This document shows positions 19,050 to 28,980 of a stretch of DNA of 64,000 nucleotides, in pieces. Within the stretch, counting starts at the first letter, position 1, and every line of letters starts with the position of its first letter. The notes beneath the pieces are model-generated. The model made no database searches. It worked only from the letters and a program-made list of their open reading frames with translations, and was not told the DNA's origin. Position numbers and translations under genes: made by a program. This stretch comes from an uncultured Thermoleophilia bacterium. GTDB taxonomy: Bacteria > Actinomycetota > Thermoleophilia > Gaiellales > Gaiellaceae. The stretch spans positions 75,656 through 139,655 of the forward strand of contig CAWGLG010000004.1 of the NCBI GenBank assembly GCA_963823355.1, given 5' to 3'.

Positions 19050-19696
19050 CGCGGTGGCACCGCGTCGGGGCGCCCGGCATCGTGCATCTCGACGAGGAAG
19101 TCGAAGAGCCCGCGGATCTTGCCCTGCAGGATCAGCGAGGCCTCCTTGTAGCCCTTGCCGCCCTTCGGCAGGCCCTCGAACCGGATCGGCTCGCCCCAGG
19201 CGAGCGAGACCGGGTGGAAGTTCCCCGGCTTCCACGTCTGCGAACCGTGGATCGCGACCGGGATCACGGGAACGTCCTCCTGCAGCGCGACCATCGCGGC
19301 GCCGGGCTGGAGCGGGCCGGGGACGCCGCTTTGCTGACGGGTGCCCTCGGCGAAGAGGCCGAGCGCAAGGCCGTCGCGCACGATCCCGCGCATCGTCCGC
19401 ACGGCGTCGCGGTCGGACTCGCCGCGTCGCACCGGGAAGGTTCCGAACCAGCCGATGAACGTCCCGAGGCCGGGCACACGATGTGCCTCGACCTTCGCCA
19501 TGAAGTAGATCGTGCGCGGGCAGGCGGCACCGAGCGCCGGCGGGTCGACCCAGTGGAAGTGGTTGCAGGCGATCACGAGACCACCCGTCAGCGGGACGCG
19601 CTCCTTGCCGTAGACCCTCAGCCGGCCGGCGACCTTCACCGCCGTGCCGATCGTCGGCCGGCCGACGGCCCAGACCCTGTCCGCGGTCGTGCTCAT
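19046..19696 (-). CDS. 1-acyl-sn-glycerol-3-phosphate acyltransferase family protein
   Basis: 216 aa with the HX4D motif (NHFHWVD) and FAEGTR. Confidence 0.8.
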   Translation of the reverse strand: MSTTADRVWAVGRPTIGTAVKVAGRLRVYGKERVPLTGGLVIACNHFHWVDPPALGAACPRTIYFMAKVEAHRVPGLGTFIGWFGTFPVRRGESDRDAVRTMRGIVRDGLALGLFAEGTRQQSGVPGPLQPGAAMVALQEDVPVIPVAIHGSQTWKPGNFHPVSLAWGEPIRFEGLPKGGKGYKEASLILQGKIRGLFDFLVEMHDAGRPDAVPPR

Positions 19697-20322
19697 GCGA
19701 CCCGCGCCTGCACGAGCGCCTCGATCCGGTCGATCACCTGCTCGAGGCTGAGGAGGGTCGTGTCGATCTCGACGGCGTCGTCGGCCCGGTGCGTGTTGCC
19801 GGCGTCACGCGCGTCGCGACGACGCATCTCGTCGGCGAGCTCTTCGACCTCGATCCCGTCGCGCTCGGCATGGCGCCGCGAAGCGCGGACCTGCGGGTCG
19901 GCGTAGAGCCACACCTTCACGTCGGCGTGGGGTGCCACGACGACGCCGATGTCGCGCCCCTCGATCACGGAGTCGCCCTGCTCGCCGAGTGCCCGCTGGC
20001 GGTCACGCATCACCTCGCGCACCTCCTCGTGCCGCGCGACGGTCGGTACCGACGAGTCGATCTCCGGCTGCCGGATCTCGCCGGTGACGTCGTGGCCGGC
20101 GATCGAGACCCCGCCACCCTCCGCGAACTCGACGGGAAACTCGGCCGCCAGCGCCACGAGCGCGGTCACGTCTCCGAGATCGACTCCGTGATGCAGGGCG
20201 AGCCAGGTGAGCGCACGGTACATGGCGCCGGTGTCGAGGTAGCGGAAGCCGAGCCGGACAGAGAGGGCGCGCGCGACCGAGCTCTTACCGGCCCCGGCGG
20301 GCCCGTCGATCGCGACGATCAT
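19693..20322 (-). CDS. cmk: cytidylate kinase
   Basis: 209 aa starting MIVAIDGPAGAGKSSVARAL. Confidence 0.9.
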   Translation of the reverse strand: MIVAIDGPAGAGKSSVARALSVRLGFRYLDTGAMYRALTWLALHHGVDLGDVTALVALAAEFPVEFAEGGGVSIAGHDVTGEIRQPEIDSSVPTVARHEEVREVMRDRQRALGEQGDSVIEGRDIGVVVAPHADVKVWLYADPQVRASRRHAERDGIEVEELADEMRRRDARDAGNTHRADDAVEIDTTLLSLEQVIDRIEALVQARVA

Positions 20323-21611
20323 GCGGCGGCCTCCCTGCGGAGCGAGTCGAGGAGCTCGAAGAAGCCCGGGAAGCTTACTCCCACACAGCCGGCATCCTCG
20401 ATCTCGACGCCTTCCTGCGAGTAGAGAGCGGCAACGGCGCCGAGCATCGCGATCCTGTGGTCACCCCGGCTCTCGATCCTGCCACCGCGGGGCCGGGTCG
20501 GGACACCACGGATCCGGAAGCCGTCCTCGGTCGCCACGACGTGCTGGCCGAGCGCGCGCAAGGCGTCGACCGTCGCCTCGACGCGGTCGGACTCCTTCGC
20601 CCGCAGCTCCTCGGCTCCACGCAGGCGGCTGTTGCCGTGCGCACACGAGGCGGCGAGAGCGAACAGCGGTAGCTCGTCGATCGCGAGCGGAACCTCCGGG
20701 CCGAGTACCGTGGTCGCGACGAGCTCGGCCGAGCGCACCTCGAGATCGCCCGCCCGCTCGCCGCCGATCCGGCGCCTGTTGTAGACGGTCACGCGCGCTC
20801 CCATCCGCTCGAGGATCGTCAACAGCCCGGTACGCCGCGGGTTGAGGTTGACGCCGTGGATGTGCAGCTCCGAGCCGGGGACGAGCGTGGCGGCGACGAT
20901 GAACGGGGCGGCCGACGAGAAGTCGCCCGGCACCTCGATCTCGCCGAGCTCGAGTCGCTCCGCAGGCTGCACCGTAACGCTCCTGGCGCGACGGGTGACC
21001 GTCACACCGGCCGCCTCGAGCATCAGCTCGGTGTGGTCGCGGGTCGGTGCCGGCTCGACGACGGTGGTCTCGCCGTTCGCGTAGAGGCCCGCGAGCAGGA
21101 TCGCCGACTTGACCTGCGCACTCGCGACCGGCAACTCGTAGGAGATGGAGCGCAGGGGCCGGCCCTCGATTCCCATCGGCAGATGCCCGTCGTCGGTCTC
21201 GACGCCGGCACCCATGCGGCCGAGCGGCTCGGTCACGCGCTTCATCGGGCGGGCGCTGAGCGACGCGTCGCCCGTCAGCTCGAACTGCCCGCCGGTCTGG
21301 CCCGCGAGGATGCCGGCGAGCAGCCGCACGAGAGTCCCCGCGTTTGCGCAGTCGATCGGCCGGCCGGGCGCGGTGAGCCCTCGCAGACCCTTGCCGAAGA
21401 CGTGCAGCGTGTCGTCGCCGTGCTCGTACACCGTGATCCCGAGGGCGCGGACCGCCTCGATCGTGGCCTCGGTGTCGGCGGAGCGGCCGAAGCCCGTGAT
21501 GCGCGTCTCGCCGTCGCAGAGCGCACCGAGGAGCACGGAGCGATGGGAGATCGACTTGTCGCCGGGCACCGCCATGTGACCGACGAGACGGGTGACCGGC
21601 TCGACCCTCAT
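20319..21611 (-). CDS. aroA: 3-phosphoshikimate 1-carboxyvinyltransferase (EPSP synthase)
   Basis: 430 aa with VPGDKSISHRSVLLGAL and EPSP synthase architecture. Confidence 0.9.
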   Translation of the reverse strand: MRVEPVTRLVGHMAVPGDKSISHRSVLLGALCDGETRITGFGRSADTEATIEAVRALGITVYEHGDDTLHVFGKGLRGLTAPGRPIDCANAGTLVRLLAGILAGQTGGQFELTGDASLSARPMKRVTEPLGRMGAGVETDDGHLPMGIEGRPLRSISYELPVASAQVKSAILLAGLYANGETTVVEPAPTRDHTELMLEAAGVTVTRRARSVTVQPAERLELGEIEVPGDFSSAAPFIVAATLVPGSELHIHGVNLNPRRTGLLTILERMGARVTVYNRRRIGGERAGDLEVRSAELVATTVLGPEVPLAIDELPLFALAASCAHGNSRLRGAEELRAKESDRVEATVDALRALGQHVVATEDGFRIRGVPTRPRGGRIESRGDHRIAMLGAVAALYSQEGVEIEDAGCVGVSFPGFFELLDSLRREAAA

Positions 21612-22699
21612 TCGTCGATCACGGGCGCCACGACGACGCCGTACCCCTGTGCCTCGAGCAGGGCTGCGGCACGCTCAGCCTCGTCCTCGCCCGCGACGAC
21701 GACGGTCAGGGTGCCGCCCCGGTCGGTCGAGAGATGATCCATCTCGAAGTCCTCGACGTTGATGCGCTCGGCGCCGAGGGCCTGGAAGATGCCGGCGAGC
21801 ACACCCGGGCGGTCCGGCAGGTGCACCCGCAGCCGCTGCAGGGTGCCCGGGTCGCCGTGGGCCGTTGCCAGCATGCGCCGCCGGTTTCCCGCAGCCTCCG
21901 CGATCCACCGGGCGAGCTGACCGCCGTCCTCTGCCGTGAGCGCGGTCTCGAGCTGCTCGATCCGGCGGCGATGCTCGGCGAGGGCCGCCACGACCGCGTC
22001 ACGGTTGTCGAGGAAGATGTCGACCCAGATGCGTGGGTTGGCGCCGGCGATGCGGGTCATGTCGCGCAGCGAGCCGCCGGCGGCCTGGAGCGGGTCGTGG
22101 CCGTCGACGCGGGTCGCGCCGGCCTGGTTGAGGAGGACGTTGGCGAGCGCGTGCGGCAGGTGGCTCGTCACCGCCACGAGCCGGTCGTGCGCACCCGCGT
22201 CGATCGCCACCGGTCGTGCCCCGAGCGAGGTCACGAAGCCGTGCACCGTGCGAAGCAGCTCCGGTCCCGTCCCCGCGGTCGGGGTCAGGAACCAGGTCGC
22301 CCCCTCGAACAGCTCGGCGTTCGCCCGCTCCGGGCCTCGCGTCTCCGCACCGCAGATCGGGTGTCCGCCGATGAAGCGGTGGTCTCCCGAGGCGGCGGCA
22401 CACACCGCGGTCTTCGTCGAGCCGACGTCCGTGACGACGCACCCTGCGGGCGCCAGCGCGAGCACCTCGCGCACCGCGTGAGGGAGCTCCGCGACGGGAG
22501 CGGCGACCAGCACGAGGTCCGCGGCCTCGACCGCCTCCGCGAGCGATGCCGACGGCTCGACGGCCTCCCGCTCCCGCGCCACGCGCAGGACCTCCGGATC
22601 CGGATCCCACCCACGCACGAACGCGCCCGCACGCCGGGCGGCGAGTGCCGCGGACGCGCCGATCAGGCCCGTCCCGACGACGGTGACGTTCCGCAGCAT
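21608..22699 (-). CDS. tyrA: prephenate dehydrogenase with C-terminal ACT-like domain
   Basis: 363 aa. Rossmann motif VVGTGLIGAS, a prephenate dehydrogenase core (GGHPICG) and a regulatory ACT-like tail. Confidence 0.85.
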   Translation of the reverse strand: MLRNVTVVGTGLIGASAALAARRAGAFVRGWDPDPEVLRVAREREAVEPSASLAEAVEAADLVLVAAPVAELPHAVREVLALAPAGCVVTDVGSTKTAVCAAASGDHRFIGGHPICGAETRGPERANAELFEGATWFLTPTAGTGPELLRTVHGFVTSLGARPVAIDAGAHDRLVAVTSHLPHALANVLLNQAGATRVDGHDPLQAAGGSLRDMTRIAGANPRIWVDIFLDNRDAVVAALAEHRRRIEQLETALTAEDGGQLARWIAEAAGNRRRMLATAHGDPGTLQRLRVHLPDRPGVLAGIFQALGAERINVEDFEMDHLSTDRGGTLTVVVAGEDEAERAAALLEAQGYGVVVAPVIDE

Positions 22700-22708
22700 C
22701 CGGGGCCC

Positions 22709-24061
22709 CTAGCCTCGCATCAGCTCGGCGACCCGGAACGCCAGGTCGAGCGACTGGCGGGCGTTCAGGCGTGGGTCGCAGAGCGTTTCGTAGCGCGTGT
22801 CGAGCTGCCCCTCGAGCACGGCCTCGGAGCCGCCGAGGCACTCGGTCACGTTCTCACCCGTGATCTCGAGATGGACTCCACCGGGCCACGTTCCCACCTC
22901 GCGATGCGCCGCAAAGAACCCCTCGATCTCACGGAGCACGTCGTCGAGGCGGCGTGTCTTGTGGCCGGAGCCGGTGACGAAGCCGTTGGCATGCATCGGG
23001 TCGCAGACCCAGACGACGGGGATCTCCGCCTCCTGCACGGCCCGCAGGAGCGGCGGCAGCAGCTCCTGCACACGGCTCGCGCCGAGGCGGGTGATGAGGG
23101 TGAGTCGCCCCGGGGAACGGTCGGGGTTGAGGCGCTCGGCGAGCGCGACGAGATCGTCGGGCGTGGCCGCGGGGCCGACCTTGGCCCCGATCGGGTTGTG
23201 CAGCCCGGAGAGGAACTCGACGTGGGCGCCGTCGAGCTGCCGCGTGCGCTCACCGACCCAGAGGAAGTGGCCCGAGCACGCATACCAGTCGCCGGTGGTC
23301 GAGTCCTTGCGCACGAGCGGCTCCTCGTAGTCGAGCAGCAGCGCCTCGTGGCTCGTCCACACGTCGACCTCGTGGATCGAGCGCTCGTCGCCGAGGTCGA
23401 TCCCGATCGCCTGCATGAAGCGCAGGGCACGGCCGATCTCGTTCGCGATCGTCTCGTAGCGCCGGCCCTCCAGCGAGCTCGCGACGAACTCCTGGTTCCA
23501 CGTGTGAACCTGCGTCAAGTCGGCGAAGCCGCCCTTCGTGAACGCACGGAGGAGGTTGAGCGACGAGACGGCCTGATAGTACGCCTGCACGAGCCGCTCG
23601 GGATCCGGCCGCCGCGCCTCGACGGTCGCCTCGTCCGAGTGGACGGCGTGCCCCCGGAACGACGGCAGCTCGAGACCGCCGACGGTCTCGGTGGCCGACG
23701 AGCGTGGCTTTGCGAACTGGCCGGCCATCCGCCCCACCTTGATCACCGGCAGGGTCGCTCCGTAGGTCAGCACCGCGGACATCTGGAGGAGCAGCTTCAG
23801 CCGCTCCCGGATCGCGATCACGGAGAGCTCGTGGAACGACTCGGCGCAGTCCCCCGCCTGGAGGAGGAACGCGCGACCCCCGGCTGCCTCCGCCAGCTGG
23901 TGCCGGAGCGCGCGTGCCTCACCGGCGAAGATCAGCGAGGGCAGCAGGCTGAGACGGTCACGCACGGCAACGAGCGCCTCCGCGTCCGGCCACTCGGGCT
24001 GCTGGAGCGCAGGGAACTCGTGCCAGGAGGACGGCGTCCAGGTTGGGTCGGTCACGGCCAT
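22709..24061 (-). CDS. class II 3-deoxy-7-phosphoheptulonate (DAHP) synthase
   Basis: About 450 aa from the ATG at 24061 (MAVTDPTWTPSSWHEFPALQQPEWPD...). Length and N-terminus are typical of class II (plant/actinobacterial) DAHP synthases. The upstream 59 aa of the track ORF were rejected. Confidence 0.9.
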   Translation of the reverse strand: MAVTDPTWTPSSWHEFPALQQPEWPDAEALVAVRDRLSLLPSLIFAGEARALRHQLAEAAGGRAFLLQAGDCAESFHELSVIAIRERLKLLLQMSAVLTYGATLPVIKVGRMAGQFAKPRSSATETVGGLELPSFRGHAVHSDEATVEARRPDPERLVQAYYQAVSSLNLLRAFTKGGFADLTQVHTWNQEFVASSLEGRRYETIANEIGRALRFMQAIGIDLGDERSIHEVDVWTSHEALLLDYEEPLVRKDSTTGDWYACSGHFLWVGERTRQLDGAHVEFLSGLHNPIGAKVGPAATPDDLVALAERLNPDRSPGRLTLITRLGASRVQELLPPLLRAVQEAEIPVVWVCDPMHANGFVTGSGHKTRRLDDVLREIEGFFAAHREVGTWPGGVHLEITGENVTECLGGSEAVLEGQLDTRYETLCDPRLNARQSLDLAFRVAELMRG

Positions 24062-24243
24062 CGTCCCAGTGTAGACGCGGCTCGTTTTGACGCTAGGCCC
24101 GAAAACGGCTACAAAAAGAGCACGATGCCTTCGCTCCACCTCCTCGGCCTCTTCTGGCGCCCTTGAACCGCCAGGCCAAGGCTTCCCAGCCCGGCCGAGA
24201 GCGCTAGCGCGTTCAGGCCGCGACCACGAGCGAAAGGGCACTC

Positions 24244-25224
24244 TTGCGAATCTTCTCTGGCATCAAGCCGACCGGCGACTCGACGCTCGGCAATTACTCC
24301 GGCGGCTTTCGGCAGTACGTCGCGACGCAGGAACTCGGCGATGCGACCTTCTGCATCGTCGATCTCCATGCGATCACGGTCGAGTACGACCCGGCCGACC
24401 TCCACACACGGACGCTCGATCTCTTCTCGATGCTGATCGCAACGGGGCTCGACCCAGACCGTTCGACCATCTTCGCGCAGAGCCATGTCACCGCGCACGC
24501 GGAGGCGAGCTGGCTGCTGTCGGCGGTCACAGGCTACGGGCAGCTCGGACGGATGACGCAGTTCAAGGACAAGGGGGAGCAGCAGGAGTTCGTCGCGTCG
24601 GCCCTCTTCAACTACCCCGTCCTGATGGCCGGCGACATTCTGCTCTACCAGGCCGACATCGTCCCGATCGGCGATGACCAGCGCCAGCACCTCGAGCTGG
24701 CCCGCGACATCGCAGAGCGTTTCAACGCGCGCTACGGGGACGTCCTCACCGTGCCGGACGGCGTCTACCCGGAGGTCGGCGCCCGGATCATGTCGCTCCA
24801 GGACCCGCTCGCGAAGATGGGCAAGACGGGCAGCTCGGAGCAGGGGACGGTGCGGCTGCTCGACGAGCCCGACGCGGTCATGAAGAAGTTCAAGACGGCC
24901 GTGACGGACTCCGGGCGCGAGGTGCGCCGCGCGGACGACAAGCCTGGCGTCTCGAACCTGATCGACATCATGTCGGTCGCCACCGGGCGCACCCCGGAGG
25001 CGATCGAGGCCGAGTACGGCGACGCAGGCTACGGCGCGTTCAAGGTCGCGGTCGGCGAGGCGGTCGTCGCGCTCCTCGCGCCGATCCGGCGTCGCTACAC
25101 CGAGCTGCGCGCGGACGAGGGCGAGCTGCTGCGGCTGCTCGGCCGGGGTGCCGAGAAGGCGCGCGCCGCCTCTGCTCCCACGCTCGAGCGCATGTACGAG
25201 GCGATGGGCTTCGTCCGGCTGTGA
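24244..25224 (+). CDS. trpS: tryptophan--tRNA ligase
   Basis: 326 aa with SGIKPTGDSTLGNY (HIGH region) and KMGKTGS (KMSKS). TTG start. Confidence 0.95.
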   Translation: MRIFSGIKPTGDSTLGNYSGGFRQYVATQELGDATFCIVDLHAITVEYDPADLHTRTLDLFSMLIATGLDPDRSTIFAQSHVTAHAEASWLLSAVTGYGQLGRMTQFKDKGEQQEFVASALFNYPVLMAGDILLYQADIVPIGDDQRQHLELARDIAERFNARYGDVLTVPDGVYPEVGARIMSLQDPLAKMGKTGSSEQGTVRLLDEPDAVMKKFKTAVTDSGREVRRADDKPGVSNLIDIMSVATGRTPEAIEAEYGDAGYGAFKVAVGEAVVALLAPIRRRYTELRADEGELLRLLGRGAEKARAASAPTLERMYEAMGFVRL

Positions 25225-25272
25225 CCGCCGGCGCCAGGCTTCAGCCTGGCGCCGGGCTCCGCGTCTCCCGGG

Positions 25273-25965
25273 TTACAACCCCACCAGCCGGCGCAGCCCC
25301 TCTACCTCGTCCCGGCTCAGCTCCCTCGACCCGCCCACCTCGACCCCGCGGGCGTCGAGGCCCGCATAGGCGGTGCGCCGCAGCCGCACGACGGGATGCC
25401 CGACCGCCTCGCACATGCGCCGCACCTGACGGTTGCGGCCCTCGTGCAGGACGAGCTCCACGCGTGAGCGGCCGAGCCGGCGCACGCGGGCCGGCGCGGT
25501 GACACCGTCCTCGAGCTCGATCCCGGCGGCGAGTGCCGCCACGGTCGCAGGCGTGAGGTCGCCCTCGACATCGGCCACGTACGTCTTCTCGACCCCGTAG
25601 CGAGGATGCGCCAACCGGTGGGCGAGGTCGCCGTCGTTCGTCAGCAGCAGAACGCCGCTCGTATCGATGTCGAGCCGACCCACGGGCACCACCCGCGCCT
25701 CGTGACCGACAACGTCGACTACCGTCGGGCGCCCTTCGGGGTCGCTCGCCGTCGTCACGACACCGAGCGGCTTGTGGAGGAGGACGTAGGCGAGCTCCTG
25801 CTTGCCCACCTGTTCGCCGTCGACCTCGACGACGTCCCTCGACGCGACGAACGTGTTCAGCTCGCCGCGCTTCCCGTTCACCGTCACGCGCCCGGCCTTG
25901 ATCAGCTCGTCGGCTGCCCGACGCGAGGCGACACCGGCACGGGCGACGTAGCGATTCAGGCGCAT
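25273..25965 (-). CDS. pseudouridine synthase, RsuA/RluB family
   Basis: 230 aa. N-terminal S4 domain (RLNRYVARAGVASRR) and the catalytic motif GRLDIDTSGVLLLTNDG. Confidence 0.85.
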   Translation of the reverse strand: MRLNRYVARAGVASRRAADELIKAGRVTVNGKRGELNTFVASRDVVEVDGEQVGKQELAYVLLHKPLGVVTTASDPEGRPTVVDVVGHEARVVPVGRLDIDTSGVLLLTNDGDLAHRLAHPRYGVEKTYVADVEGDLTPATVAALAAGIELEDGVTAPARVRRLGRSRVELVLHEGRNRQVRRMCEAVGHPVVRLRRTAYAGLDARGVEVGGSRELSRDEVEGLRRLVGL

Positions 25966-25993
25966 ACCGGCATTGTCGCTAGTCTCCCGCGCT

Positions 25994-27199
25994 GTGCGCG
26001 ACTACACGGACCTGACGCGACGTCTCGCGGACCTGGTGGTCGGCTTCGGGGCGAACGTGCAGCCGGGTCAGCTCGTCGGGATCACGACCTACCTCGGCAA
26101 GGAGCAGTTGACCCGAGAAGTCGCCCGCGCCGCCTACGAGCGCGGTGCGCGCTACGTCGACGTCCTCTACTCCGACCCCTGGATGAAGAGGGAGCGCCTT
26201 CTCCGCGGCGCCCCCGAGACCCTTTCCTACATCCCCCCGTGGATGACCGCGCGCCTGCGTCACTTCTCCGACGAGCACGCCGCTCGGATCTCGCTCAGCG
26301 GCCCGGCTGCCCCGCAGGCACTGAACGGGATCGCTGCCGACCGCTCGGGGCTCGACCTCCTGCCGTACCTGCCCGAGACGGGTGAGATCGTGAACCGGGG
26401 CACGACGAACTGGTGTGTGGCGCCGGCGCCGACCCGTGACTGGGCTGCGGTCGTGTATCCCGACGTCGACGAGGACGAGGCCTTCGACCGCCTCTGGGGC
26501 GCGATCGCCCACGTCTGCCGGCTCGACACCGACGACCCCGTGGCCGCCTGGACCGAGCGCATGGAGACGGTCAAGCGCGGCGCGGCCGCCCTCACCGACC
26601 GTCGCTTCGACGCGATCCACCTGCACGGCCCCGGAACCGACCTTACGGTGGGGCTGTTCGCGTCATCGCGGTGGCATGCGGCCGAGTTCACGACGGTCGA
26701 CGGTCTCGCCCACTATCCCAACATCCCGAGCGAGGAGACGTTCACGGCTCCCGACCCGTTCCGGGCCGACGGCCATGTCTCGGCGACGATGCCCCTCGAG
26801 CTGTACGGGTCGGTGATCCGCGGCCTGCGCGTCGAGTTCGAGGACGGCCGGGTCGCGAGGATCGACGCCGACGAGAACGCGGAGACGCTTCGCTCGGCCT
26901 GCACCAGGGACGACGGGGCCACGCGCCTCGGAGAGCTCGCGCTCGTCGACGGGGGCGGGCGCATCGGCCCGCTGCAGACGGTGTTCTTCGACACCCTGCT
27001 CGACGAGAACGCGGCGAGCCACATCGCGCTCGGGTCCGCCTACGCACTGGCCGTCGAGGACGACGCCGACAAGCGGCGCATCAATGCGAGCGGGATCCAC
27101 GTCGACTTCATGGTTGGCAGCCCGGAGCTGGAGGTCGACGGCATCACCGCCGCCGGCGAGCACGTGCCGGTGCTTCGAAACGGCGCCTGGCAGATCTGA
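25994..27199 (+). CDS. M29 family aminopeptidase (AmpS/PepS-like)
   Basis: Overall M29 pattern (LADLVVGFGANVQPGQ..., HIALG, GIHVDFM). The GTG at 25994 is preferred. The TTG at 25973 is only 7 nt from the divergent neighbour's start. Confidence 0.8.
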   Translation: MRDYTDLTRRLADLVVGFGANVQPGQLVGITTYLGKEQLTREVARAAYERGARYVDVLYSDPWMKRERLLRGAPETLSYIPPWMTARLRHFSDEHAARISLSGPAAPQALNGIAADRSGLDLLPYLPETGEIVNRGTTNWCVAPAPTRDWAAVVYPDVDEDEAFDRLWGAIAHVCRLDTDDPVAAWTERMETVKRGAAALTDRRFDAIHLHGPGTDLTVGLFASSRWHAAEFTTVDGLAHYPNIPSEETFTAPDPFRADGHVSATMPLELYGSVIRGLRVEFEDGRVARIDADENAETLRSACTRDDGATRLGELALVDGGGRIGPLQTVFFDTLLDENAASHIALGSAYALAVEDDADKRRINASGIHVDFMVGSPELEVDGITAAGEHVPVLRNGAWQI

Positions 27200-27210
27200 G
27201 CGGGCATCTC

Positions 27211-27262
27211 GGAGCGGAAAGCAAGCGCGGTGGAAAAGCGTACCGCTCTCGCTTTCCGCTCC
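27211..27262 (+). terminator. long hairpin downstream of the aminopeptidase gene
   Basis: Perfect 12-bp arms GGAGCGGAAAGC / GCTTTCCGCTCC with further inner pairing, 12 nt after the stop. A TTTT run follows at ~27275. Confidence 0.5.
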
Positions 27263-27336
27263 GACCTGCCGATGTTTTCTGCACGCTTCGCGTGATCCTG
27301 AAGGGGCCCGCCCGCGGGCCTCGCCAGACCGACCAG

Positions 27337-27470
27337 TTACCGCGTCCCGCGCCGATCCTCCCAGTCGCGCCAGTCGACGCCGTGCTCCGTCACGTGGGCG
27401 CGAACGGCGAGCCCGATCGTGGGATAGTCGACGTCGGTGATCGGCTCGGCCGCGACGAGACCGACGGCAT
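27337..27470 (-). pseudogene. remnant of a SulP/STAS 3' end (internally deleted paralogue of 29755-30010)
   Basis: Translates to ...AAEPITDVDYPTIGLAVRAHVTEHGVDWRDWEDRRGTR*. The intact SulP gene ends ...AAEPITDVDSTAAEV(~45 aa)ERLYPTIGLAVRDHVAEHDVDWHDWEDRHGKR*. A 74-nt DNA block has 5 mismatches. Confidence 0.6.
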
Positions 27471-27473
27471 CGC

Positions 27474-28544
27474 TCAGCGATCGAGTCGGAACGGCGGATA
27501 CTCGTCGCGCATCAGCATCACGTAGGCGGCGACCCGGAGTGCCCAGCGGTTGATCCCGAGCACGATCCCGAAGATGTCGCGGGGGTAGCGACCGGTGAAG
27601 AGCAGGATCACGACGGCGATGAGCACGAGGATGCCGTTCAGGCTCAGGCCCCAGGTCGTCCAGTGATCTCCGTCGAACGTCCAGCCCCAGTTGCCGATCA
27701 GGACCGCGAGCACGGCGTAGTGCGGAATCGCGAGCAGCCAGCTCTTGACCAGCACGAGCCCTCTCGAGAGCTGCTCGGGATACGGGACGTCGAACCTGGC
27801 CGGGTAGTCGACGTCGGCGAGCGTGAACGGCGGGTACCGATCGGTGCCGAGCACGCCGTAGGAGTAGAAGGCCACGCGCCAGCTCCACCGCAGCACGCCG
27901 ACGTTGAAGTCGAAGATGCCTCGCGGATAGCGGCCCGTGAACAGGATCGCGAAGAACGCGACGACCGTGAGGAGCGCTGCGGCAAGCCAGAGGAAGGCGA
28001 GCACGACGTAGTGCGGAATTGCGAGCAGCCATTTCACGAGCCACAGCCAGCGGCCGAGACCCGGGTCGAGCTCGCCCTCGATCAGCACGGGGTAGCCCTT
28101 CTCGTCGTCGGTCTGGAAGGCAAGCTGACCCGCCATGCTCGCGGGCGGAACCGTGGCGCCGGTTCCCGCGCCCGGATGCGGCGACCGGAAGCCGAAGAAC
28201 ATCATCAAGACCCCCGAGAGCAGGAGGACGCCGCCGGCGCAAAGCAGGCCGAGCGCGACCCAGCCGAGGAAGTTCACCTTGACGCCGAGACCGAGGGCGG
28301 CGGCCACGCCCGGTGACGCGTCCGCGTTCATGACCACGATCGACCAGGTGCCCTCGCTGGCGGGCCAGGTCAGCGAGACGTTCGTGCCGGTCGTCTTCGC
28401 CGTCCAGAACGGCTGCGCAGCGGGTGGCCCGGAGGGCGCGCCGCCGGGGCTGGTGCGGTAGTCCTTCGAGAGCGGCCCCTTCCAGCCGTCCATGTGGACA
28501 TCGACGACTTCGTCGTGCGCGACGCCTGACAGATAGGCCGCCAC
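27474..28544 (-). CDS. DUF4389-type membrane protein (two LLAIPHY...FTGRYPRxIF repeats); 5' region frame-disrupted
   Basis: Repeats [15 protein letters not shown]...[11 protein letters not shown] and [14 protein letters not shown]...[11 protein letters not shown]. This frame stays open upstream to ~28679 without a start. Coding-looking sequence continues upstream in other frames (see finding). Confidence 0.7.
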   Translation of the reverse strand: MAAYLSGVAHDEVVDVHMDGWKGPLSKDYRTSPGGAPSGPPAAQPFWTAKTTGTNVSLTWPASEGTWSIVVMNADASPGVAAALGLGVKVNFLGWVALGLLCAGGVLLLSGVLMMFFGFRSPHPGAGTGATVPPASMAGQLAFQTDDEKGYPVLIEGELDPGLGRWLWLVKWLLAIPHYVVLAFLWLAAALLTVVAFFAILFTGRYPRGIFDFNVGVLRWSWRVAFYSYGVLGTDRYPPFTLADVDYPARFDVPYPEQLSRGLVLVKSWLLAIPHYAVLAVLIGNWGWTFDGDHWTTWGLSLNGILVLIAVVILLFTGRYPRDIFGIVLGINRWALRVAAYVMLMRDEYPPFRLDR

Positions 28545-28980
28545 CTCGGCTGCCGGAGCGACGCCGACGAACAGCGGCTTGCCGTTGCTCGAGCCGCCTC
28601 GTGCCGTGAACGTGACGATGTCGCCCGGTGAGCTGAGACGGTCGGGCAGGCCGTCGGTGAGCCTGCAGCCTCTCGCTCGTCACCGCGAAGCCAAGGCTCG
28701 CGAACGACGACGGCGAGCTCGTGAAGAAGCCGTCGTCGTCACGCTGGAAGCTGTTGGCCCAGGCGACCGTGCGCACCGCCGGCGAGCAGGCCGAGGCCGA
28801 CGAGCGCGAGGAGCGCGCCGATCACAGCCAGAACGATCTTGCCGCCGCCCGGCCCGGTGGACGAGCGAGGTGGACGACCTGTGGATCGGCGGTCATGATC
28901 TCATCTCCTTCCGCGACGCTCGCCGCGCCGCATCGCTTCGAGCTCCCGCTCGGCAACAGCGCCGGGTGCGTGCGTCACCC

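Noticed and set aside
21734-24166. 810-aa plus-strand ORF. Similar very long ORFs occur at 12113-14179 (+), 15877-17232 (+), 29741-31531 (-), 10546-11862 (+) and 5672-6721 (+).
   Set aside because: All lie antisense to, or in alternate frames of, genes with clear family motifs (tyrA/DAHP synthase, priA, metK/gpsA, SulP, fmt/def, ribBA). Their products are Arg/Gly/Pro/Asp-rich with no motifs. This is the expected stop-poor shadow ORF in ~70% GC DNA.
24062-24243. Possible T-box or attenuator leader in the 182-nt gap upstream of trpS. A CTGGCG...CGCCAG stem is present at ~24155-24175.
   Set aside because: No T-box consensus (AGGGTGGTACCGCG-like) and no Trp-rich leader peptide were found. A single short stem in GC-rich DNA is not evidence. 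A covariance-model scan would be needed.
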